From NCBI GenBank assembly GCA_018896875.1, contig JAHILT010000006.1, positions 12,605-76,604 of the forward strand: a stretch of 64,000 bases of DNA, given 5' to 3'. The position numbers and the translations under genes were made by a program. Each line of letters begins with the position of its first letter. Positions within the stretch are counted from its first letter, which is position 1. Positions 1 through 6,900 of this stretch are shown in pieces. Source of the DNA: Patescibacteria group bacterium. Lineage in GTDB: Bacteria; Patescibacteriota; Minisyncoccia; UBA6257; 02-FULL-45-10c. The notes below the pieces were generated by a model. The model saw only the letters and a program-made list of their open reading frames with translations, was not told the origin of the DNA and searched no databases.

Positions 1-80
1 AAGTCTAAAGATAAGTATGAAAAAAAAGAGTATTTTGGTTTTAGTTTTGTGCCTCTTGTTAAAAATGTAATAAATAGTAG

Positions 81-142
81 TTAGCGACTAGAGAATTAGT
101 AATTAGTGAAAACTTTCTCTTATCTAATGGCTAGTGGCTAAT
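81..142. repeat. Inverted pair of a dispersed 11-nt motif (TTAGCGACTAG at 81-91, CTAGTGGCTAA at 131-141) around an AT-rich spacer
   Basis: Read directly. The same motif recurs at 2755-2777, 29901-29925, 29962-29995 and 47762-47772, always intergenic. Confidence 0.8.
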
Positions 143-230
143 TATTATTCTGGTAGTTGTTTTTTTATTTCCAGTATGGTTATACTAGAAATAAGATCTT
201 TAAAAATTAAATATTAATGGAGGGATTGAT

Positions 231-1586
231 ATGGAACATACTATAAGATTAGATGCAAATGAGCCTAGTAAAAAAGCATTGGATCTTTTAAGATTTATGC
301 TTTCTACTATAAAAGGACAAGATAAGGCCATTGAAGACCTGATAGATGCTATTGAAATATATGAATCGGGGCTTTTTTCTGAAAATTCAGAAAACAAACC
401 GATTTATGTAGGTCTTTGTTGTGGTCCTTCTGGTGTAGGTAAAACGCTTACCGCTGAATTGCTTTCAGAATTTTGGTTCAACAAAAGAAATTGTTTTACT
501 AAAATTAGCTGTGAGTCTTATTCAGAGAGTCATTCTATCTCAAGGCTTATTGGTTCTCCTGCGGGATATGTTGGTTATTGGGATCCTGATAATGGTAAAT
601 CTAGTGCTTCGCCTATTCTTTGGCAGGGGAACATAGATAAATATGCCCTTGAAATTGATCCCAGTCTTTTAAGACTAGAGAAAGACCGGAATAAATTAGA
701 AAAAATGTCTTTTTCCATAGAAATGCGTTTATATACTATCTCAGCAGAGATTATGGAATTATTTGAGGAAGAGGGTGATATACAACAGGAAGATATACTT
801 CTGCTTTCAGAAAAGGCAAAGAAATTCAATCCTTTAAACAAAATGTATTTAGAAATTGAAAAGAAGCTCAAACAAATTGATGCTAAGATTGCTTTCTCTG
901 TTATCAAGAATCCAAAATCAATAATCTTGTTTGATGAGATTGAGAAAGCCAGTCCGGCTCTTCATAATATCTTATTAAATGTTATTGATAAGGGAGAGAT
1001 TACTCTTTCTAATGGCATGAAAACAGACTTTTCTAATAGTGTTATTCTCATGACGACCAATGTCGGTTCTCGTGCTATTGCTGGAATACTAAATCCTGGT
1101 AAAAAAATTGGCCTGCGACCGATAGAGAGCAGTGGAGTATTCGATGAGAAAATAAAAGATAATCAAATCTACAAAGAAACAATGAAGGAAGTTAGAGAAA
1201 AGTTTCCTCCTGAATTTCTTGCAAGGTTTGATAGGATAAGCGTCTATAGGCCTCTTGGGAAAGAGACTCTTCGTAGTATTCTTGAAGTAGAGATAGAAAA
1301 GTTTCAGAATCAAGTATTAAAAAAGTTGCCTATTAAGTTTTGTTTTGATGAAGAAGTCAAAGACTTTATACTTAATGAAGCAACTGATAAACCTCAGGAT
1401 GGAGCTAGACTTGTAAAGCTTAAGGTTTACAAATACTTACGGAAGCCTTTATGTCGTATGAAAAACAACAGAAAATTAAAAGCTGGAGATATTCTTTATA
1501 TTAGCCTTGAAGACAACAATGGTAAAAAGGATATTGTGTTTAAAAAAGAGACAAAAGACAAAAAAGGTTCTTCTAAAATTGTTTAA
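231..1586 (+). CDS. Stand-alone Clp/Hsp100-type AAA+ ATPase: a single D2-like module with a ~100-aa coiled-coil insertion
   Basis: Walker A GPSGVGKT, GSPAGYVGY, Walker B ILFDEIEKA, FPPEFLARFD, and a D2-small-like C-terminus. Strong SD GGAGGG at 219-224. Confidence 0.75.
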   Translation: MEHTIRLDANEPSKKALDLLRFMLSTIKGQDKAIEDLIDAIEIYESGLFSENSENKPIYVGLCCGPSGVGKTLTAELLSEFWFNKRNCFTKISCESYSESHSISRLIGSPAGYVGYWDPDNGKSSASPILWQGNIDKYALEIDPSLLRLEKDRNKLEKMSFSIEMRLYTISAEIMELFEEEGDIQQEDILLLSEKAKKFNPLNKMYLEIEKKLKQIDAKIAFSVIKNPKSIILFDEIEKASPALHNILLNVIDKGEITLSNGMKTDFSNSVILMTTNVGSRAIAGILNPGKKIGLRPIESSGVFDEKIKDNQIYKETMKEVREKFPPEFLARFDRISVYRPLGKETLRSILEVEIEKFQNQVLKKLPIKFCFDEEVKDFILNEATDKPQDGARLVKLKVYKYLRKPLCRMKNNRKLKAGDILYISLEDNNGKKDIVFKKETKDKKGSSKIV

Positions 1587-1607
1587 TGTGAACATTAAAA
1601 CAATCGA

Positions 1608-1634
1608 GCCGCCCCTTAAAAAAGGGCGGCTTTT
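1608..1634 (+). terminator. Intrinsic terminator after the Clp-like gene
   Basis: GCCGCCC (1608-1614) pairs with GGGCGGC (1624-1630), followed by TTTT. Confidence 0.8.
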
Positions 1635-1685
1635 CATGTTATTTTGAGTTGACTTTAAGCGAACTGTTTGTTATATTTCACTTAC

Positions 1686-1786
1686 GTCCATAGACAATAG
1701 GCATCTAAAAAAAGATTAAGACCTATCGAGGAAATTAGCAAAACCGTTTAATAGCGGATATCTATGGACCTAAAAGGTCTTTTTTA
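1686..1786 (+). promoter_or_regulatory. Candidate rplJ (L10) leader with mutually exclusive helices (attenuator-like)
   Basis: GTCCATAGA (1686-1694) pairs with TCTATGGAC (1761-1769). The latter overlaps hairpin GGACC-TAAAA-GGTC (1766-1779), which is followed by a T6 run just upstream of rplJ. Confidence 0.4.
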
Positions 1787-1806
1787 ATATAAAAAATAAT
1801 AAATTT

Positions 1807-2322
1807 ATGTCTTTAACTAAAAAACAAAAAATTTCTTTAATTGATGCTGGCGAAAAAATTTTAAAAGAAAATACTATAGCAGTTTTTGTTGGTTTCAATG
1901 GTGTCTCAGTAGAAGATTTGAAATCTTTTAGAATAGAACTTAAAAAAGATGAAGCAGATTTTAAGGTGGTTAAAAAAAGATTACTTAATATTTCCTTAAA
2001 AAAATCTGGTATTGAATTTGATACTATGGTTGCGAAATTACAAGTAGGTATTATTTACACTACAAAAGATTTAGCCTCAATAGCTTCTATAGTTAACAAC
2101 TTCTCTAAAAAGATTAAGAAAACCAAGACAGGAGAGTTCGGTGTAATTGGTGCTTGTGATATAAAAGAAAATAGATTGGTCGATGTTGAAGAGTTTAATA
2201 TCATTGCCACATTGCCTTCTAGGGAGGTCTTGCTATCACAAATAGCTACAATGTTAACAATGCCAATTAAAAAAATTATGTTTGGCTTAAATGAAAAAGC
2301 CAAGAAAATTTCTACTCTGTAG
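1807..2322 (+). CDS. rplJ: 50S ribosomal protein L10
   Basis: The N-terminal KKQK...AVFVGFNGVSVEDLKSFR pattern is typical of L10. It lies immediately upstream of L7/L12. Confidence 0.9.
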   Translation: MSLTKKQKISLIDAGEKILKENTIAVFVGFNGVSVEDLKSFRIELKKDEADFKVVKKRLLNISLKKSGIEFDTMVAKLQVGIIYTTKDLASIASIVNNFSKKIKKTKTGEFGVIGACDIKENRLVDVEEFNIIATLPSREVLLSQIATMLTMPIKKIMFGLNEKAKKISTL

Positions 2323-2371
2323 AAAAAATTCGTCAATTGTCGAATAATATTAATTAATAAAAAATAAAATC

Positions 2372-2743
2372 ATGGAAAAATATAAAGATATTTTAGATAA
2401 AATAGCAGAATTAAAAGCAATTGAATTATCAGAGTTGGTTAAAGCCATGGAAGAAAAATTTGAGATTTCTGCCGCTATGCCAACAATGGTTGCTGGTGCT
2501 GGCGTTGGTGATGGTGATGGCGCAGAAGAAAAGTCATCTTTCAACGTAATGTTAAAGGCGGCTGGCGAACAAAAGATTCAAGTTATTAAGGCCATAAGAG
2601 AAATTACTGGATTAGGACTTAAGGAGAGTAAGGAGATAGTTGATGCTGCTCCAAAAGTTATAAAAGAAGGAGTGAATAAAGAAGAGGCCGAAGATTTAAA
2701 GAAGAAATTAGAAGAAGCTGGAGCTACTGTTGAATTGCAATAG
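2372..2743 (+). CDS. rplL: 50S ribosomal protein L7/L12
   Basis: Ala/Gly-rich hinge, then C-terminal domain [24 protein letters not shown]...EEAGATVEL. Confidence 0.95.
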   Translation: MEKYKDILDKIAELKAIELSELVKAMEEKFEISAAMPTMVAGAGVGDGDGAEEKSSFNVMLKAAGEQKIQVIKAIREITGLGLKESKEIVDAAPKVIKEGVNKEEAEDLKKKLEEAGATVELQ

Positions 2744-2754
2744 TTTGAATAGAA

Positions 2755-2777
2755 ATTAGCCACTAGCGACTAGTTAG
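2755..2777. repeat. Two adjacent copies of the TTAGC[C/G]ACTAG motif
   Basis: ATTAGCCACTAGCGACTAGTTAG read directly downstream of rplL. Confidence 0.8.
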
Positions 2778-2782
2778 ATAGA

Positions 2783-3008
2783 AAAAAAAACACACCAATT
2801 GAATTTGCCGAGCAGGTCAGAACAGGCACTGTGTTCTAGACAATCGTTTTAGAGGAACATCTCGGAGGCGCTTTGCGCTGAGAGCGAAGCAAATTTTTCT
2901 CTTAGATTTTTCTCTTAGAAAAATTATGCTGTTTCCGAAAAAATGATTGTCTGAACCATTCTTTATTTAACAAAAAAAACGCACCAATTGAATTTGGCGT
3001 GTTTTTTT
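2783..3008. other. Direct-repeat-bounded ~190-nt segment with a GC-rich structured core (candidate small RNA or insertion remnant). Its right end forms an A8/T7-flanked bidirectional terminator hairpin (2972-3008).
   Basis: A9-CACACCAATTGAATTTG (2783-2808) repeats as A8-CGCACCAATTGAATTTG (2972-2996). Internal inverted repeat AGACAATCGTTTT (2838-2850) / AAAATGATTGTCT (2939-2951). GC-rich hairpin GCTTTGCGC...GCGAAGC. Tandem TTTTTCTCTTAGA x2. Confidence 0.4.
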
Positions 3009-3028
3009 ATTATAGTAAATATACTTTT

Positions 3029-3100
3029 GCGCGCATAGTTTATTGGCAAAACGTCGCATTCACATTGCGAAGACACTAGGTTCGATTCCTGGTGCGCGCA
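3029..3100 (+). tRNA. tRNA-Val (anticodon CAC)
   Basis: Manual cloverleaf: acceptor GCGCGCA/TGCGCGC, D stem GTTT/AAAC, anticodon stem TCGCA/TGCGA with loop TTCACAT, T arm CTAGG-TTCGATT-CCTGG. 72 nt, no encoded CCA. Confidence 0.9.
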
Positions 3101-3245
3101 CTATCAATTGATTATACAAATATAGTAGTAAGTAGTGGGGAAGTAAAGAAATATTTTCCCTGTGGATAATTTAAAATAGTGCCTCAAAAAGCCTTTGTTT
3201 ATGGGCTTTTTTAGTTTTTTGTAAATTTTTGACAATATATCTTTA

Positions 3246-3316
3246 GTGGGGTAGACTGTATGTATAGTGGTGAAAGGTGGATAAGTATGGGGATAAGGCT
3301 TAATTCTGGGGATAAG
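3246..3316 (+). promoter_or_regulatory. Candidate MraZ operator: phased TGG(G)GATAAG / GTGGG-type direct repeats upstream of mraZ
   Basis: TGG cores start at 3247, 3268, 3278, 3288 and 3307 (spacings 21, 10, 10, 19). Units are GTGGATAAGT, TGGGGATAAGG and TGGGGATAAGT. Extra copies at 3135-3140 and 3162-3169. Confidence 0.5.
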
Positions 3317-3339
3317 TCCCTCTTATATAATAAAAAAAT

Positions 3340-3771
3340 ATGTTCATCGGAGAATACAAACATAATTTAGATTCAAAAGGTAGAATTGCTCTTCCTGTAA
3401 AATTTCGTCAAGAGATAGGAAGTAGCGTGATTATTACCAAAGGATTAGATCGCTGTCTTTTTGCTTTTACTTCTAAGGACTGGGAAATATTAGCTCAAAA
3501 ACTTGTTAAATTACCATTAGTTCAGTCTAACTCTCGTGCCTTTGTTCGTTTGATGGTGGCAGGAGCTATGTCCGTAGAACCCGATAAACAAGGGAGGATT
3601 TTAATTCCTGATTATTTAAGACAATATGCTGATTTTAAAAAAGAAGTAGTAGTAGCTGGAGTTTATAATCGTATTGAAATCTGGAATAACGATACATGGA
3701 ATGATTATAAGTCAAAAACCGAGGCCTCTTCTGATGAAATAGCTGAAAAGCTAGGAGAGCTCGGTATTTAA
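3340..3771 (+). CDS. mraZ: Transcriptional regulator MraZ
   Basis: MFIGEYKHNLDSKGRIALP N-terminus and a duplicated SpoVT/AbrB-like half (DKQGRILIP). First gene of the dcw-type cluster. Confidence 0.95.
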   Translation: MFIGEYKHNLDSKGRIALPVKFRQEIGSSVIITKGLDRCLFAFTSKDWEILAQKLVKLPLVQSNSRAFVRLMVAGAMSVEPDKQGRILIPDYLRQYADFKKEVVVAGVYNRIEIWNNDTWNDYKSKTEASSDEIAEKLGELGI

Positions 3772-3856
3772 AAGTAAACAAATGATAGTTTGTGATGGCA
3801 AAAGGTTTGTAGGGCACGCCTAATGTTGTAAACGAATCATTTGTAAAAAATAAATA

Positions 3857-4756
3857 ATGGCACATATTCCTGTTCTTTTAAATGAAGTAATAGAATTACT
3901 AAATCCAAAAAATGGCGAATTCTTTATAGACGGAACTTTTGGCGCTGGTGGTCATTCTAAAAAAATTTTAGAAATGATAGGAGAGAAGGGGCTTCTTCTT
4001 GCATTTGATTGGGACCCTTCGACAGAGCTCAGGGCGAACAAAAAAGTAGAAGAAAGAAATGAGAGTTTTTTGACAAAAAAGAATGTTATATTCGTTAATG
4101 ATAATTTTACGAGAATTAAAGACGTTCTTCAGGAAAAAAAACTACCTAAGGCAGATGGATTGTTATTAGATCTAGGATTTTCTTCTGATCAACTTAGTGA
4201 TTCCGGAAAAGGATTTAGTTTTAAAAAAGATGAACCATTAATAATGTCTTATAGTGAGAATGGATTAACAGCTTATGAAGTAATTAATTCTTATTCAGAA
4301 GAAGACATTGAAGGAATTATTAAGGACTTAGGAGAAGAAAGATTTTCTAAAAGGATTACGAAAGCTATTATAAATAATAGAAAGAAAGAACCTATTAAGA
4401 CTAGTTTTCAGTTAGCAAAAATTATAAGAAATGCTGTTCCCGGGAATTATGAAAGAAGGAGGATTGACCCAGCCACAAGGACATTTCAGGCATTAAGGAT
4501 TTTTATTAATAGCGAATTAGAGAATCTTAAAGCAATTCTTGATGACTTAGAATTAATTTTAAAAAAAGAAGGACGAGTAGTTATTATATCATTTCATTCT
4601 TTAGAAGACAGAATCGTTAAAAATTATTTAAGAAATTTAAAAAATGAAAAAAAGGTCGAACTTTTAACTAGAAAACCCATTATTGCTTCTTGGCAAGAAG
4701 TATCAAGTAATCCGAGAAGCAGATCAGCTAAATTAAGAGGTGCAATATTAATTTAA
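3857..4756 (+). CDS. rsmH: 16S rRNA m4C1402 methyltransferase RsmH
   Basis: HIPVLL, GTFGAGGHS, DLGFSS, FQALRIFIN and SFHSLEDR motifs. Confidence 0.95.
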   Translation: MAHIPVLLNEVIELLNPKNGEFFIDGTFGAGGHSKKILEMIGEKGLLLAFDWDPSTELRANKKVEERNESFLTKKNVIFVNDNFTRIKDVLQEKKLPKADGLLLDLGFSSDQLSDSGKGFSFKKDEPLIMSYSENGLTAYEVINSYSEEDIEGIIKDLGEERFSKRITKAIINNRKKEPIKTSFQLAKIIRNAVPGNYERRRIDPATRTFQALRIFINSELENLKAILDDLELILKKEGRVVIISFHSLEDRIVKNYLRNLKNEKKVELLTRKPIIASWQEVSSNPRSRSAKLRGAILI

Positions 4757-4760
4757 TAAA

Positions 4761-5072
4761 ATGACAATCATAGAACCAAATAAATCAAAATATTCTTACA
4801 ATCCGATTATTTTAACATTATCGGTGTTTTTAGTAGCGTTAGTTTGTTTAAATATTTGTTTTTATAATAATAATGTTGTTTTAAAACAATCAATTTCTAT
4901 TGAATCTAAAAATCTTCAGAAATTACAAGTAGCTAATGCGGAGATTAAAGATCAGCTTTATAAAATTACAGATATAAATAATATGAATTCTGTTATTGAA
5001 GCTAAAAATTTGGTCAAAGATAGAAATCCAGAATATTTTAAGAATGAATCTGAAATTTTAGCTATAAATTAA
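4761..5072 (+). CDS. ftsL: Small bitopic membrane protein, probable FtsL-type division protein
   Basis: Single N-terminal TM helix followed by a coiled-coil. Occupies the conserved slot between rsmH and ftsI. Confidence 0.5.
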   Translation: MTIIEPNKSKYSYNPIILTLSVFLVALVCLNICFYNNNVVLKQSISIESKNLQKLQVANAEIKDQLYKITDINNMNSVIEAKNLVKDRNPEYFKNESEILAIN

Positions 5073-5100
5073 TTAGAAATCTGGCAATCTCTAAATAAAT

Positions 5101-6741
5101 ATGAAAATAAGAATTTTTTGTATATCTGCTCTTTTTATTTTTTCCTATTTGTTTTTGGTTTCTAATATTTATAAATTACAAGTATCTAAGGGTATTTATT
5201 ATTCGGCTCGTGCTGAATCACAAACTCGATTGTCTGGGTTTTTACAAGCCTTGCGGGGAAATATTTATTTTACCGACAGAAATGAAAATTCTTTTCCAGC
5301 GGCTATTAATAAAGAATATTATGTTATTTTTGCTGTGCCCACAGAAATTATTAACCCCGATATTGTCGCTGAACAAATTGCCAATTTGTTTGACTTAAAT
5401 AAAGAAGGACTAATAACTTCGTTTTCTAAACCCAACGATCTTTATGAGGTTATTCTAAAAAAAGCTTCAAAAGAACAAGCCAATATAATTAAAGAGTTAG
5501 ATATTGATGGTATTTATATAGACAAAGAAAATTTTCGTTTTTACCCTCTTGAGAATATAGCATCTCACCTTTTGGGATATATTTCTCCTAATTCAGAAAA
5601 TAACAAGTTGTCTGGTAGATATGGTATAGAAACATATTTTAACACAGAATTAACTGGCGAAGATGGATATACAAAAGATGGTAAGGTTATTAATCCTGAG
5701 GATGGTGGCGATATAATTTTAACAATTGATCCTATTATACAAAATAGAGCAGAGACTATGTTAATAGATTTAATTAATAAGCATGATGCTAAAAGTGGAT
5801 CTGTTATAGTTCAAGACCCTAAGTCTGGTAAAATTATTGCACTTGGTAATTATCCGAATTTTGATCCTAATAATTATTCAAAATTTGAAATTAAAAATTT
5901 TTTGAATCCAGTTGTAGAAAATATTTATGAGCCTGGATCAGTATTTAAGATTATTACTATGTCGGCTGGTCTGGATAGTAATAAATTCACGCCAGACACC
6001 ACCTATATAGATAAGGGCTTTATTAAACTTAATGGAAGGACCATAAAGAATTGGGATATTGATAGGTATGGACCACATGGAGAAGTTACTATGACTGAAA
6101 TTATAGAAAATTCTCTTAATACAGGAGCTTCTTATGCTGGGCAATTAATCGGGAAAGATTTATTTTATAATTATTTAGTTAAATTTGGTTTTGACCAGAA
6201 AACAGGAATTGAATTACCAGGAGAAGTAGCTGGAGATATCAGAAAATTAAAAACAAGCGTTAAGGACGTTGACTTTGCCACAGCTTCTTTTGGACAAGGA
6301 ATAGCGGTTTCTCCAATTGCTATGATTAACTCTTTCTCAGCTATTGCTAATGGAGGCAATCTCATGAGACCATATATTGTTTCTGGCAACGGCCCCGAAA
6401 TAATTCGCCAAGTCATTTCAAAAAAAGCTGCGACCGAAGTTATTGATATGATGGTGTCGGCTGTTGAAAAAGCTTATGTGGCTAGAATACAAAATTATAA
6501 AGTAGCTGGAAAAACAGGGACAGCTCAAGTGCCTGATTTTAAGAACGGCGGTTATTCAGACGAATACATTCATACTTTTATTGGTTTTGCTCCAGCTTAT
6601 AATCCTGAATTTACTATTTTGATTAAATTAGATAAACCAGCGGGATCTCCGCTTGCAGGGACAACGGTAGTTCCTGCATTTAGAGACCTAGCTGAATTTC
6701 TTTTAAATTATTATAATGTTTTACCAGATAATATAGAATAA
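5101..6741 (+). CDS. ftsI: Class B penicillin-binding protein (FtsI/PBP2-type transpeptidase)
   Basis: N-terminal TM. SxxK (SVFK), SxN (SLN) and KTGT motifs in the correct order. Confidence 0.9.
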   Translation: MKIRIFCISALFIFSYLFLVSNIYKLQVSKGIYYSARAESQTRLSGFLQALRGNIYFTDRNENSFPAAINKEYYVIFAVPTEIINPDIVAEQIANLFDLNKEGLITSFSKPNDLYEVILKKASKEQANIIKELDIDGIYIDKENFRFYPLENIASHLLGYISPNSENNKLSGRYGIETYFNTELTGEDGYTKDGKVINPEDGGDIILTIDPIIQNRAETMLIDLINKHDAKSGSVIVQDPKSGKIIALGNYPNFDPNNYSKFEIKNFLNPVVENIYEPGSVFKIITMSAGLDSNKFTPDTTYIDKGFIKLNGRTIKNWDIDRYGPHGEVTMTEIIENSLNTGASYAGQLIGKDLFYNYLVKFGFDQKTGIELPGEVAGDIRKLKTSVKDVDFATASFGQGIAVSPIAMINSFSAIANGGNLMRPYIVSGNGPEIIRQVISKKAATEVIDMMVSAVEKAYVARIQNYKVAGKTGTAQVPDFKNGGYSDEYIHTFIGFAPAYNPEFTILIKLDKPAGSPLAGTTVVPAFRDLAEFLLNYYNVLPDNIE

Positions 6742-6766
6742 GATGGCAATATAAAAATATTATAAA

Positions 6767-6900
6767 TCCCACACATAATAAAAACTAATAAAATAAATAA
6801 ATTCTTAGATATTACAAAAATCAATGAATAAGTCGCAAAAAAATAATTTAACAACATTGACCATGAGAACTTTGCTTTTAAGTCTTTGTTATGTGTGGGA
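6767..6900 (+). mobile_element. MITE-like inverted-repeat element, copy A
   Basis: The 19-nt terminal inverted repeats TCCCACACATAATAAAAAC (6767-6785) and GTCTTTGTTATGTGTGGGA (6882-6900) pair at 17/19 positions. Full-length homology to copies at 35637-35766 and 49278-49408. Confidence 0.85.

Noticed and set aside
17-70. 17-codon ORF (MKKKSILVLVLCLLLKM) at the window start, considered as a lipoprotein or signal-peptide fragment
   Set aside because: It terminates after 17 codons, has no SD and has no downstream continuation.
200-2763. Antisense or alternative-frame ORFs from the track (for example 200-397, 575-907, 1089-1313, 2055-2336, 2350-2544, 2578-2763), and the many similar ones across the window that overlap strongly supported genes
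   Set aside because: Each lies entirely within, and opposite to or out of frame with, a gene that has clear conserved motifs. Their sequences are low-complexity (S/F/I/L/K-rich), as expected for shadow ORFs in AT-rich DNA.
2838-2951. Retron-like msr/msd, suggested by inverted repeats flanking a structured region
   Set aside because: There is no reverse transcriptase gene adjacent or anywhere in the window, and no recognisable branching-G context.
2809-2971. Known housekeeping RNA (SRP/4.5S, 6S, tmRNA, RNase P)
   Set aside because: I could not find the conserved SRP domain IV motif, a tmRNA tag ORF or T-arm, or the RNase P GAGGAAAGTCC-type core. It remains only an unclassified candidate.
6891-6899. 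Shared N-terminal M-[C/W]-G-M extensions of the murF-like, glycerate kinase and gatB ORFs, considered as a conserved peptide signal
   Set aside because: The extension is encoded by the right terminal repeat of the element (ATGTG[T/G]GGG). The second ATG gives N-termini matching the respective protein families.
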